DNA of 64,000 bases from an uncultured Eubacteriales bacterium (GCA_964458655.1 CAYWJT010000003.1:6015-70014); one strand, 5' to 3'. Shown: positions 27,166 through 36,658, counted from the stretch's first letter. Numbers and translations: made by a program. Notes: generated by a model not told the origin, from the letters alone.

Positions 27166-28056
27166 ATGCCGGCCAAGATCATCAGCGGCAAGGAAGTTTC
27201 GGCGGTCATCCGGGAAGAGCTCAAGGCCCGCGTCACGGGCCTGAAGGAAAAGGGCGTCGCCCCCGGCCTCGGGGTGGTCCTGGTGGGCGAGGACCCGGCC
27301 TCGGTCTCCTATGTCACGGCCAAGGCCAAGGCGGCCGAGGAAATCGGCATCTTCGAAACGACCGTCAACATGCCGGCCGACGCTTCCGAAGCTTCCATCC
27401 TGGAGACCGTCGACAGGCTCAACCGCGACAGCCGCTACAGCGGGGTCCTGGTCCAGCTGCCCCTGCCCAAGTATGTCAGCACGGACAAGGTCATCAACTT
27501 CATCTCGCCTGAGAAGGACGTCGACGGCTTCCACCCGGTGAACGTCGGCAAGCTCCTGCGCGGCGAGCCCTGCCCGATGCCCTGCACGCCCTACGGCGTC
27601 GTCCAGCTTCTCGTCCGCGGCGGCTACAGCCCGGAAGGCAAGCATGTCGTCATCTGCGGCCGCAGCAACATCGTGGGCAAGCCGCTCGCGGCCATGCTCA
27701 TCCAGAAGAAAAAGGGCGCCAACGCCACGGTCACTGTCTGCCATACCGGAACGCCGGACCTGGTCCGGTTCACCCTTCAGGCCGACATCCTGGTGGCCGC
27801 CATGGGCGCGCCTCGGGCCATCAGGGCCGAGATGGTCCGGGAAGGCTGTGTCGTCATCGACGTCGGGGTCAACCGCGTGCCGGCGCCGGATTCCCCCAAG
27901 GGCTTCCGGCTGGTCGGCGACTGCGATTTCGACGCCATAAAAGAGAAGGCCGAGGCGATCACGCCCGTGCCGGGCGGCGTCGGCCCGATGACGGTCACCA
28001 TGCTGATGATGAACACGGTCGAGGCCGCCGAGCGGCAGGCGGGAATAGCGGCTTGA
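27166..28056 (+). CDS. folD: Bifunctional methylenetetrahydrofolate dehydrogenase/cyclohydrolase
   Basis: MPAKIISGKEVSAVIREELK..., GRSNIVGKPLA, PVPGGVGPMTV motifs; RBS GAGGAGAG. Confidence 0.9.
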   Translation: MPAKIISGKEVSAVIREELKARVTGLKEKGVAPGLGVVLVGEDPASVSYVTAKAKAAEEIGIFETTVNMPADASEASILETVDRLNRDSRYSGVLVQLPLPKYVSTDKVINFISPEKDVDGFHPVNVGKLLRGEPCPMPCTPYGVVQLLVRGGYSPEGKHVVICGRSNIVGKPLAAMLIQKKKGANATVTVCHTGTPDLVRFTLQADILVAAMGAPRAIRAEMVREGCVVIDVGVNRVPAPDSPKGFRLVGDCDFDAIKEKAEAITPVPGGVGPMTVTMLMMNTVEAAERQAGIAA

Positions 28057-28155
28057 GGCTTGGCCGCGAGGCGGCCCGGGTCAGATAAGGGCCGGTTCCG
28101 AAGAAAAGCGGCGGCGCCCCGAAGGCGGGGCTGTCTGTTGCTTAAAGCTGGGATA

Positions 28156-28178
28156 AGGGCCGGCCGTGGGCTTTTTTC
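28156..28178 (+). terminator. Candidate intrinsic terminator after folD (GC-rich palindrome GGCCGGCC + T6)
   Basis: aagggccggccgtgggcttttttcc; stem weak, low confidence. Confidence 0.25.
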
Positions 28179-28212
28179 CGCGTGGAAAGCGCTCGCCCGA
28201 CGGACCGCCCTG

Positions 28213-28656
28213 TCAGCGCGACTTCCTGTTGGGCGCTTTCTTCGGCGTGCCGTCGACGATGTCCTTGAGGCTGACACTGTCGAAGAAGGTTCTCAGGATG
28301 TTGTTGGCCCGCTTCCAGACCGGGTAAGTGGGGCATTGCGGCAGGCGGTCGCAAAAGCTCTCGTCCTCGAGGCACTCCACCAGGCAGCAGTTGCCCTCCA
28401 GGGCCTCGATGATCTCGCTGAGCTTGATGCTGCCGGGGTCCCGGGCCAGGGTGTAGCCGCCGCCCGTCCCCCTGATGCTCTTGACCAGCCTGTTGACCTT
28501 GAGCGGGATGATGATCTGCTCCAGGTAGCGGATGGAGATGCCTTCCTCGTCGGATATGTCCTTGAGGACGACCGCTTCTTTCTGCGAACCGTAACGCCTG
28601 GCCAGGTTGACCATCAGGCGCGTCCCGTAGCGGCCCTTGGTTGAGATCCTGATCAT
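28213..28656 (-). CDS. Rrf2-family (IscR/NsrR-like) transcriptional regulator with Cys ligands
   Basis: MIRISTKGRYGTRLMVNLARRYG..., HTH, three Cys (CCLVEC...C) ; RBS AAGGAG. Confidence 0.8.
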   Translation of the reverse strand: MIRISTKGRYGTRLMVNLARRYGSQKEAVVLKDISDEEGISIRYLEQIIIPLKVNRLVKSIRGTGGGYTLARDPGSIKLSEIIEALEGNCCLVECLEDESFCDRLPQCPTYPVWKRANNILRTFFDSVSLKDIVDGTPKKAPNRKSR

Positions 28657-28708
28657 GGCCTGCTCCTTACCCGATTTAGCCTTCCGTCAGTATCTAATTT
28701 ACCATAAC

Positions 28709-28725
28709 TTGATAGGAATTATCAA
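28709..28725. promoter_or_regulatory. Palindrome TTGATA-N5-TATCAA (candidate Rrf2 operator) in rrf2/iorA divergent region
   Basis: aacTTGATAggaatTATCAAtt; overlaps predicted -35 of rrf2 promoter. Confidence 0.4.
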
Positions 28726-28785
28726 TTAGGTAGGGAATAGGCGGAAACCCTGTCTGAAAAACGGGCTTGTGGGAGTCGAACTTCC

Positions 28786-28815
28786 TTGACACCCCGCATT
28801 CGGAATTTATATGCT
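28786..28815 (+). promoter_or_regulatory. Candidate sigma70 promoter for iorA operon (TTGACA-N18-TATGCT)
   Basis: cTTGACAccccgcattcggaatttaTATGCTact; iorA ATG at 28889 with GAGAGGGAG RBS. Confidence 0.35.
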
Positions 28816-28888
28816 ACTTGCCTGACCCCGACGCTCTCCGCCCGGCCCGGCCGGCGGACCTCGTACTAATCAGCCAGAGAGGGAGAAC

Positions 28889-30481
28889 ATGAAAAAAGAA
28901 GTCCTCCTCGGTGACGAAGCCGTCGCCCTGGGCGCGGTCCACGCCGGGCTGTCGGCGGCCTATTCCTACCCGGGCACGCCGGCATCCGAGATAATGGAGT
29001 ACCTGCTCAGAGGGGTCGGAGCCGGAGGCGCTTACAAAGCCGTCTGGTCCGTCAACGAGAAGACGGCCTACGAGGAAGCTCTCGGCGTTTCATTCTCAGG
29101 CAAAAGGGCCCTGGTCTCCTTCAAGCATGTGGGCCTGAACGTGGCCGCCGACCCCTTCATCAACTCGGCCGTGACCGGAGCCAACGGGGGGTTGGTCGTG
29201 GTCAGCGCCGACGACCCCGGCATGCACAGCTCCCAGAACGAGCAGGACAGCCGCTTCTACGCCGATTTCGCCCGCGTCCTCTGCTTCGAGCCGGCCGACC
29301 AGCAGGAGGCCTACGACATGGCCCGAGAGGCCTTTGATGTTTCCGAGAGCTTCGGGCTGCCCGTGATGATCAGGCTCGTCACCAGACTGGCCCACAGCCG
29401 GGCCTTGGTGGAAACCGGCGAACCGCGCGGCCAGAACAACCTCCAGCCCGGGGACTGGAAGGACTGGACGCTTCTGCCTGTAAATGCCAGGCGCCGCTTC
29501 GACCTGCTCATCAAAAGGCAGGCCGACCTGCGAGCCTACTCCGAAGGCTCGCGCTTCAACCGGCTCTCGCCGGAGGGCCGCGGCCGGACCGGTGTCATCG
29601 CCGCCGGCATTTCCTACAACTATTTCCGTGAGGCCATCGGCGACAACGAGCCTCCGCCGTTCCTGAAGGCCTCGGTCTTCCCTCTGCCCGAAAGCCTGAT
29701 CCTGAAGCTGGCGGAGAAAGTGGACTCGCTTCTCGTCCTTGAGGACGGGTATCCGCTCATCGAAAGCAGGCTGAGGGGCGTCGCGGGCATTCCCGGCAAG
29801 GCTGTCCGCGGCCGCCTCGACGGCAGCCTGCCCGCGTCGGGAGAGCTTTCCCCGGAGGTTGTGCGCCGGGCGCTCGGACTCCCCGGCCTTGAGTCCAAGA
29901 GAAAAGCGGAGATAACACTGGCCGGACGGCCGCCGCAGCTCTGCGCCGGCTGTCCCCATACCGACACCGTGAAGGCCCTCAAGGAGGCCCTCAAGGACCT
30001 GCCCGGAGGCAACGTCTTCAGCGACATCGGATGCTACACGCTTTCCGCGCTGCCGCCCCTGAGCGCCATCCAGTCCTGCGTCTGCATGGGAGCCAGCATC
30101 GGCATGGCCCGCGGCGCCGCCGACGCCGGCATCCACCCGGCCGTGGCTGTCATAGGGGAATCCACCTTCGCCCATTCCGGCATCACCCCGCTTCTCAGCG
30201 CCGCGGCGGCCGACGCGCCCATAACCGTCATCATCCTCGACAACGGCACGGTCGCCATGACCGGCGGCCAGACGAGCTACGGGACGGGCCAGCGCCTGCT
30301 CGAGATTGTCAAGGGGGTGGGCGTGCCCGCGGAGCACGTCAGGGTCATCCAGCCCCTGCCCAAGAACCATGAGGCGAACGCCCGGACGATACGAGCCGAG
30401 CTCGAACACCGCGGCACATCAGTGATCGTCGCCGCTCGGGAATGCGTCCAGTATCCCCAGAAAAAAGGAGCCGGGAAATGA
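28889..30481 (+). CDS. iorA: Indolepyruvate:ferredoxin oxidoreductase alpha subunit (TPP-dependent 2-oxoacid:ferredoxin oxidoreductase)
   Basis: MKKEVLLGDEAVALGAVHAGLSAAYSYPGTPASEI N-terminus typical of IorA; Cys cluster CAGCPH. Confidence 0.85.
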   Translation: MKKEVLLGDEAVALGAVHAGLSAAYSYPGTPASEIMEYLLRGVGAGGAYKAVWSVNEKTAYEEALGVSFSGKRALVSFKHVGLNVAADPFINSAVTGANGGLVVVSADDPGMHSSQNEQDSRFYADFARVLCFEPADQQEAYDMAREAFDVSESFGLPVMIRLVTRLAHSRALVETGEPRGQNNLQPGDWKDWTLLPVNARRRFDLLIKRQADLRAYSEGSRFNRLSPEGRGRTGVIAAGISYNYFREAIGDNEPPPFLKASVFPLPESLILKLAEKVDSLLVLEDGYPLIESRLRGVAGIPGKAVRGRLDGSLPASGELSPEVVRRALGLPGLESKRKAEITLAGRPPQLCAGCPHTDTVKALKEALKDLPGGNVFSDIGCYTLSALPPLSAIQSCVCMGASIGMARGAADAGIHPAVAVIGESTFAHSGITPLLSAAAADAPITVIILDNGTVAMTGGQTSYGTGQRLLEIVKGVGVPAEHVRVIQPLPKNHEANARTIRAELEHRGTSVIVAARECVQYPQKKGAGK

Positions 30482-31050
30482 AACAGGACATCATCCTTGC
30501 CGGCGTCGGCGGCCAGGGCATCATTTCCATCGCCTACGTCATAGACCACGCCGCCATGAAGGACGGCCTGGATTTCAAGCAGTCGGAAGTCCACGGCATG
30601 GCCCAGCGGGGCGGCGCGGTCCAGTCCCACCTCAGGCTGTCGAGCGGCCGTATCTGGAGCGACCTCATCCCCAAGGGCGGCGCCGACATCGTGCTCAGCG
30701 TCGAGCCGCTCGAGGCCCTGCGCTACCTCGATTACCTCAAGCCCGAAGGCGTCGTGGTCGCGAGCTCGGTGCCCTACAGGAACATACCCGATTACCCGGA
30801 CCTGGACTCGGTCCTCGAAGCCATCCGCCGAACGGGCCGGCACGTGATCGTGGACTCGGAAAAGCTCGCCCGGGAGGCGGGCAACGTCAAGGCCCAGAAC
30901 ATGGTCATGCTCGGCGCGGCCGCGCGCTTCCTCGTTCTCAAGGAGGAGAGCCTGCGGGCCTCGATTGAGATGCTCTTCCGAGCCAAGGGTCCGGTCGTCC
31001 TCCAGGCAAACCTGAAAGCCTTCGAGCTCGGCCAGGGGGGGGCCGCATGA
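30478..31050 (+). CDS. iorB: Indolepyruvate:ferredoxin oxidoreductase beta subunit
   Basis: MKQDIILAGVGGQGIISIA (AGxGGQG); ATGA overlap with iorA. Confidence 0.85.
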   Translation: MKQDIILAGVGGQGIISIAYVIDHAAMKDGLDFKQSEVHGMAQRGGAVQSHLRLSSGRIWSDLIPKGGADIVLSVEPLEALRYLDYLKPEGVVVASSVPYRNIPDYPDLDSVLEAIRRTGRHVIVDSEKLAREAGNVKAQNMVMLGAAARFLVLKEESLRASIEMLFRAKGPVVLQANLKAFELGQGGAA

Positions 31051-33410
31051 GCGTCAGAATCGCGGTTATCGACAGGCTTTTCCTTAGGGCCGAGCAAGAG
31101 GGCCGGAACTTCCTGCTCGAGCCCGAGGTCTACCAGGTCCTGGAAGCCTCAGGCATCGCTTGTCCGAAACGTTTCTTCCTGCCCGTGGCAGGCCGGGCCG
31201 GCCGCAAGGAGCTCGCCGCCCTTGGTTCGCGGGAGGTGGTGATCAAGGTCGTCTCGCCGCTCGTCATCCATAAGTCCGATGTGGGCGGCGTTAAGGTCGT
31301 CAGGGCCGAGACTGCGGCCGTCAACCGGGCGGCCGCGGCCATGTTCAAGGAGGTGCCGCGGCGTTACGCCGCCTGGCTACGCGGCCGGAACGAGGTTGGG
31401 ACGGGAGGCAAGGCCGCCGCTGTCCCTTCCGCGGCCAAAGTCCGCGGCTCGATCAGGGGCTTCCTCGTCGTCGAGAAAGTGACTTTCGAGGACATCGGTT
31501 TCGGCTCCGAGGTCCTGATGGGCATCCGCAATTCCCGCGACTTCGGCCCGGTGCTGACGGTCGGCGGCGGCGGCCTCGACGTCGAGTACATGAGCGAGCG
31601 CCTGAGGGAAGGCCGGGCGACGGCCGCGGCCTCCGCCCACCTGCTCGACGAGCGCGGCGCGGCCGAGATGCTCCGACCGCTGGCCTTTTATGGCAAGCTG
31701 GCCATGCCGTTCCGCGGCCGTCCGGCGCTCGTCAAGCCGGCCGTGCTGGAAAGGGCTCTCCTCAAGTTCAGGGACCTGGCCGCGGCGTTCTCTCCGTTCA
31801 ACGACGCCTCGCCCTTCGTCATCGAGGAAGCCGAGGTCAACCCGTTCGTGGCCGCCGGGGGCAGGCTCGTCCCGCTCGACGGCGTGACCAGATTCTCGCG
31901 CGAGAAGAGGCGGCCGGCGGCCCGCCCGCAGGAGGCCATCGACAGGCTCCTCAAGCCGGCGACCATCGGCATCATCGGCGTTTCCGAGAAGATGAACATC
32001 GGCCGCATCATCCTGCGCAACATCATCGGCTCCGGCTTCCCGAAAGAGAGCGTTTTCGTCGTCAAGCCCGGGCTCCCCGAGATCGACGGCTGCAGATGTT
32101 TCCCCTCGGTCAGGGACCTGCCGGAGGCGGTCGACATGTTCGTTCTGACCCTGGCCGCGGACCAGTGCCACGCGGTTATGAAAGAATTGACCGAGCACGA
32201 GAAGGCCCGTTCGGTCATCATCATCGCCGGCGGCATGGGCGAGAAGTCGGGCGGCGCTTCGATCGAGGACGCGATCCGGGAACTGCTGGAGACGGGCCGC
32301 CGCGAGGGCCGCGTCACGCCGGTCGTCAACGGCGGCAACTGCCTGGGCATCATCTCCCGGCCGGGTCGCTACGACACCACCTTCATCCCTGAGGCCAAGT
32401 TGCCCAAGGCCCGCTCGAAGCGCCGGAGCCTGGCTTTCGTCAGCCAGAGCGGCGCCTTCATGATCTGCCGGCTGAACAAGCTGCCCTGCGTCGAACCGCT
32501 CTACGCGATTTCCATGGGCAACCAGTTGGACCTGACCGCGGCCGATTACATGAAATATCTTGAGAAAGAGGGGGAAGCCAAGGTCGTGGCCGTTTACCTC
32601 GAAGGCTTCAAGCCCGGCGACGGGCTGGGCTTCGCGGAAGCGGCCGCGGCCGTCGCTCGCCAGGCGGGCCGGGAGGTGCTGGTCTACAAGTCGGGACGAA
32701 GCCCCGAAGGCCGGGCCGCCACCTCGAGCCACACGGCCGCCGTTGCCGGCGATTACAGCGTCTTCCGTGACGTCCTGAGCGCGGCCGGCGCCCTCGTGGC
32801 CCCCGACCTGCTCGAGTTCGAAAGCTTCATGAAGGGATTGGTCCTGCTCGAAGGCCGCAGGGTGAGCGGCCGCCGAGTGGGCCTGATGAGCAACGCCGGC
32901 TTCGAGTGCGTGGTTCTGGCCGACAGCCTCAAGCGCGGCGAAGGGCTGGAGCCGGCCGGCTTTTCGCCGGAGACGGAGGCCCGCCTGACGGCGGCGCTCA
33001 AGCCCCTCGGCATCGACAGGCTCCAGGACATCCACAACCCGCTCGATGTGACACCCGTCGCCGACGACGCCGTCTTCGCGGAATGCGCCCGGGCCGTCGT
33101 GGAGGACCCCGCCGTGGACTGCGCCGTGATCGCCGACGTTCCCATGACGCCGGCCCAGCAGACGCTCGCGACGGCCGCGGGCCACGCCGAAGACCTCAGG
33201 CGGCCGGGGAGCGTCGCCAACCGGCTGGTCGAGGTCTTCCGGTCCACCGACAAGCCGGTTGTTGTGAATATCGACGCCGGAAGGCTTTACGACCCGCTGG
33301 CCGATTTCCTGGAAGAGCAGGGCGTGCCGGTGTTCAGACACGCCGACCTGGCCATGAGGTTCCTCGAAGCTTTCGTCAACCTGCGGCTGAGACCGAAAAG
33401 CGGGCGGTGA
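31047..33410 (+). CDS. ADP-forming acyl-CoA synthetase (NDP-forming; fused ATP-grasp beta + CoA-binding alpha domains)
   Basis: 787 aa; ATP-grasp region ...KVVSPLVIHKSDVGGVKVV...; CoA-binding KPATIGIIGVSEKMNIGRIILRNI; ATGA overlap with iorB. Confidence 0.8.
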   Translation: MSVRIAVIDRLFLRAEQEGRNFLLEPEVYQVLEASGIACPKRFFLPVAGRAGRKELAALGSREVVIKVVSPLVIHKSDVGGVKVVRAETAAVNRAAAAMFKEVPRRYAAWLRGRNEVGTGGKAAAVPSAAKVRGSIRGFLVVEKVTFEDIGFGSEVLMGIRNSRDFGPVLTVGGGGLDVEYMSERLREGRATAAASAHLLDERGAAEMLRPLAFYGKLAMPFRGRPALVKPAVLERALLKFRDLAAAFSPFNDASPFVIEEAEVNPFVAAGGRLVPLDGVTRFSREKRRPAARPQEAIDRLLKPATIGIIGVSEKMNIGRIILRNIIGSGFPKESVFVVKPGLPEIDGCRCFPSVRDLPEAVDMFVLTLAADQCHAVMKELTEHEKARSVIIIAGGMGEKSGGASIEDAIRELLETGRREGRVTPVVNGGNCLGIISRPGRYDTTFIPEAKLPKARSKRRSLAFVSQSGAFMICRLNKLPCVEPLYAISMGNQLDLTAADYMKYLEKEGEAKVVAVYLEGFKPGDGLGFAEAAAAVARQAGREVLVYKSGRSPEGRAATSSHTAAVAGDYSVFRDVLSAAGALVAPDLLEFESFMKGLVLLEGRRVSGRRVGLMSNAGFECVVLADSLKRGEGLEPAGFSPETEARLTAALKPLGIDRLQDIHNPLDVTPVADDAVFAECARAVVEDPAVDCAVIADVPMTPAQQTLATAAGHAEDLRRPGSVANRLVEVFRSTDKPVVVNIDAGRLYDPLADFLEEQGVPVFRHADLAMRFLEAFVNLRLRPKSGR

Positions 33411-33509
33411 TGCGCGCGGCCGGGAAGCCGCGCTTAAAAGGCTTTGACCGAGAGCGGCTCTTTATGGTGCGCCCTTGATCCCGCCGAGCGCCTGCCGCGA
33501 GCCGAACCA

Positions 33510-34847
33510 TCAGTTGCGCGGACGCTGCTGGAACTTGTGCGGCCAGTGCGAGGGGTTGTTGGACGGCGGTGGAGCCGTGTGGCAGACGTAGCAGGCGGTC
33601 TTTTCGCCCGAGCCGTGAGCCGTCGTGAACTTGTTGAGTCCGCCGCCCTTGGAACTCACGTGGCAGACCCGGCAGCTGCCGATGACCACCGCCTTGTTCT
33701 GGTACTGCTGGGCCTGGTAATGGTCGGCCGACTGCGAGGTCGGGACGGTGGCGTGCGGCGTGCCGTGGCAGGCGCCGCAGTTCAGGCCGCCGTGGCTCGC
33801 GCCGGTGGCGTAGAGCCCGAACGACGTGCTGACGCCGTCGACGAAGGTGTGGCAGTCGACGCACTTCGGCTCGTTCACCCGGGGCACCCTGGCGCCCGAG
33901 GTGACCGTCGAGGCCAGCGTGTCCATCGTCCCGTGGCAGGTCCTGCAGTTGCCGTCGGAGGCAGTGTGGTCCGTGCTCCGGTTGAAGGTCGTGTTGGCGC
34001 CCGGATGGCAGTCGGTGCAGGCCGCGCTCGAGGAGTTGGAGTTGCGGCTATGGTAGCCGTGGACGGCCTCGGCAAGATAGTAACCGGAAGAGCCCGGCCC
34101 GGTCTGGCCGAGGGCGGGGTCGCCGTGGCACTGGGCGCAGAGGACGGGCGGGTTCGCGGCGAGCTCCGTACTCTCGAAATAGTCGTGCTCCTCCAGGACC
34201 GACTTGACATCTCCCTGGCCGTGGCACTTGGCGCAGTTCATCTCGTCGGAGACGCCCGCGACCGCCCTGGTCCTGACGAGTTCCGCGCCGGTCGTTTCGT
34301 CGCGGACGACCACTTCGGCCGTCTGGTAGGGGCTCCAGGCGTCGGAGTCGTCGACGGGCGTTAGGGGGATGCCGACAGCCTGGTAATAGTTGCCTTTGAG
34401 GACCATGAGCCCGCTCAACCCGTTGTGGACGTCCGGGTCCTCGAAATTGAGCCCGGTGTCCGGCGTCAGGTCGACGCCGAACAGCAGGTTGCAGTTGTCC
34501 CAGAACTGGCCGTAGGTCCTCTTGGCGTATGAGGCGGTGTTGTTGACGCAGGAATATTCGACGCGGATGCCGGAAGTGACGACCTGGGGCGGGTCGCCTC
34601 GCCTGATCACCTGGGCCCGGAGGGTGTTGTAAGGCGGCGCGATCACGAAAGAGTCGTAAGTCGCGTTCATCTGGTGCATGCCAAGGTCGCTCCAGGCGAA
34701 GACGACGTATTCCATGGACGAGGCCGGGATGGTCACGGGCGTGACCGGGCCCGTCGTGTCGCTCTTGTTCACGGAGCAGGAGGCTAGGCAAAGGCCCAGG
34801 CCGGCGGCGAGCAGCGCGGCCAAGGCAGCTTGTTTCCGTGGCGTCAT
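33510..34847 (-). CDS. Octahaem c-type cytochrome lipoprotein
   Basis: Eight CxxCH motifs (CAKCH, CAQCH, CTDCH, CRTCH, CVDCH, CGACH, CRVCH, CYVCH); lipoprotein signal MTPRKQAALAALLAAGLGLCLASC; RBS AAGGAG. Confidence 0.85.
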   Translation of the reverse strand: MTPRKQAALAALLAAGLGLCLASCSVNKSDTTGPVTPVTIPASSMEYVVFAWSDLGMHQMNATYDSFVIAPPYNTLRAQVIRRGDPPQVVTSGIRVEYSCVNNTASYAKRTYGQFWDNCNLLFGVDLTPDTGLNFEDPDVHNGLSGLMVLKGNYYQAVGIPLTPVDDSDAWSPYQTAEVVVRDETTGAELVRTRAVAGVSDEMNCAKCHGQGDVKSVLEEHDYFESTELAANPPVLCAQCHGDPALGQTGPGSSGYYLAEAVHGYHSRNSNSSSAACTDCHPGANTTFNRSTDHTASDGNCRTCHGTMDTLASTVTSGARVPRVNEPKCVDCHTFVDGVSTSFGLYATGASHGGLNCGACHGTPHATVPTSQSADHYQAQQYQNKAVVIGSCRVCHVSSKGGGLNKFTTAHGSGEKTACYVCHTAPPPSNNPSHWPHKFQQRPRN

Positions 34848-35068
34848 CCCTGTTCTCCTTGCGTCTTGTCCGGCGACGGCCTCATCTCCGGCTTTCTATT
34901 ATTATGCGAGCGGCCTGGCTTTGTCCAGCGGTATTTGGCTCTTTGATGAGAACTGACGGCCCCCGCCCGGCGTTGCAGGGCGGCCAGAAGCCGACTTAAG
35001 TTTGGGCAAGTCCAGACGCCGGCGGGCGGTTCCTGCCCGAGGCTCTATGACGGAAAGTGTGGACACGA

Positions 35069-35098
35069 TTGACATATTCCCCAAGGGCAGCCTATACT
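35069..35098 (+). promoter_or_regulatory. Sigma70 promoter TTGACA-N18-TATACT with ~110-nt leader
   Basis: cgaTTGACAtattccccaagggcagccTATACTtcg. Confidence 0.4.
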
Positions 35099-35210
35099 TC
35101 GCCGATGATCTCGCCGGGGTAAACAGATGAAAAAGACAGCCCTGGTATCAGGCTGAAATGAAAGCGGCCTGTAATGAACGAGCCAAGTATCTGAAGGAGA
35201 GGATTGAGCC

Positions 35211-35615
35211 ATGAAAAAACGGGGAATTATCGGCATCATCCTGGGAGCCCTCCTGCTCCTGGTCGGCCTGTTCATCCTGGCCGCCAGTCGGCAGTTTGGA
35301 GGCTTGATCCCAGCGCTGATAGGCGCCGCGCTTGTCTATCTCGGGTTCCGGCCGGGCCGCCACGGCCTGGCCGTTTTCGGGCACGCCTGCATAATGGTCG
35401 GGTGCATGCTGGTCGCCTGGGGCGTTTATTTGCTCCCTTATTCGCCGCCGAAATTCTCCACTGTCTTCGTGCGGCCGCTTTTCTGGGGCCTGTTCTCGAT
35501 CTTCGGCGGCATTTGCGCCAATTACCATGCCTTCTGCGGGTGCGTGCGCAGGACCGGGCTTACGGCTCAGGTCGCTGGGCAGGGGGCGGCAACGAGGCCT
35601 GGTGAACCGGCTTAG
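35211..35615 (+). CDS. Small integral membrane protein (hypothetical, ~134 aa, 4 TM)
   Basis: RBS AAGGAGAGG; MKKRGIIGIILGALLLLVGLFILAA..., multiple Cys in last TM. Confidence 0.5.
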   Translation: MKKRGIIGIILGALLLLVGLFILAASRQFGGLIPALIGAALVYLGFRPGRHGLAVFGHACIMVGCMLVAWGVYLLPYSPPKFSTVFVRPLFWGLFSIFGGICANYHAFCGCVRRTGLTAQVAGQGAATRPGEPA

Positions 35616-35727
35616 GACGGCATCCGGAGCGCGCGGCGAAATGGGCCGGTTCGCCCGTGGCCGGGAATGGCGACGAGGATGGGAAGAGTAGATCAATTCG
35701 CCCGGTCTGGTTCGGCGAGCGGCCGCT

Positions 35728-36588
35728 TCAACGCTGAAAGAAGCGGGCCTCGAGGGACCTGAGGAAAGCGGTGGCCTGTTCCACGAAGGCCCGTCCGTCC
35801 GGACAGACGTCCTGGAAGATGCCCCGCTCGTACCCGAAATCCCCCAGGCCTGTGTTGTAGGTCTCGAGCCCGATCAGGCCGTCGTAGCCGACCTCTGCCA
35901 GCGCCCTGAACATGGTTTCCCAGGGAACGAGCCCGTCGCCGGGCAGGCCGCGGTCATTCTCGCAGGCGTGGATGAGGAATAGGCGGGGGGCGAGCGTCCG
36001 GACGGCCTCGGCGTAATCGCGAACCTCGGTCACGGCGTGATAGGTGTCGAACGTGGCCCTGACGTTCGGGTGGTCGGCAAGCGCGATGAGGCGCATAAGT
36101 TGGGACGGCGTGTTGACCAGGTGGGTGCGGAAGCGGCTCATCGGCTCCAGGACGATCGCGACCCGGCGCTCGGCGGCGTACTCGGCCAGGGCCCGCAAGC
36201 CTTCAGCGGCGCGAGGCAGTTCGTCGGCGGGCGGCCTGCGGCGCTTGACGACGCCCGGATGGCCGTAGAGGCAGCCGGCGTAGGCCGTGGCGCCCATCTC
36301 GGCCGCGAGGTCGACCTGTCTCTTATGCCAGTCCAGGCCGCGCCGGCGGTCGGCGGGGTCGTCGGAGGAAAGGTCGCAGTCGTAGGGCCACAGCCCGCCG
36401 GGGCCGATGAGGATCTCGAGCCCGAGCGCGGCGGCCCGCCGGCCGGCTAGCCGGGGGTCGAAGCGGACGTCGTCGCCGACCGAGAGCTCGAACATGTCCA
36501 GGCCGAGCTCGCGGGCCAGGTCGAGATAGTGAAGGTCGGCGTCGGACCAGCTCCTGGTGAAGAGGTAACAGTGAGCCCCGTATCTCAC
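35728..36588 (-). CDS. Sugar phosphate isomerase/epimerase (xylose isomerase-like TIM barrel)
   Basis: C-terminal ...EVGYDGLIGLETYN... pattern; GTG start at 36588 chosen because upstream extension (to ATG 36654/ORF 36780) is AT-rich, low-complexity and collides with neighbouring divergent start. Confidence 0.6.
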   Translation of the reverse strand: MRYGAHCYLFTRSWSDADLHYLDLARELGLDMFELSVGDDVRFDPRLAGRRAAALGLEILIGPGGLWPYDCDLSSDDPADRRRGLDWHKRQVDLAAEMGATAYAGCLYGHPGVVKRRRPPADELPRAAEGLRALAEYAAERRVAIVLEPMSRFRTHLVNTPSQLMRLIALADHPNVRATFDTYHAVTEVRDYAEAVRTLAPRLFLIHACENDRGLPGDGLVPWETMFRALAEVGYDGLIGLETYNTGLGDFGYERGIFQDVCPDGRAFVEQATAFLRSLEARFFQR

Positions 36589-36658
36589 GGCAGGGTTAAT
36601 ATAGCACAACTCGAAATAGCATTTCCCGTCGCGGCGGGTTGATGGTAGAATCATCCCG

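Noticed and set aside
31377-33341. 654-aa minus-strand ORF antisense to the ACD gene
   Set aside because: Antisense artefact.
33413-33438. GC hairpin GCGCGGC-cgggaa-GCCGCGC between convergent ACD and cytochrome genes as a bidirectional terminator
   Set aside because: No U-tract on either side, so it was not called.
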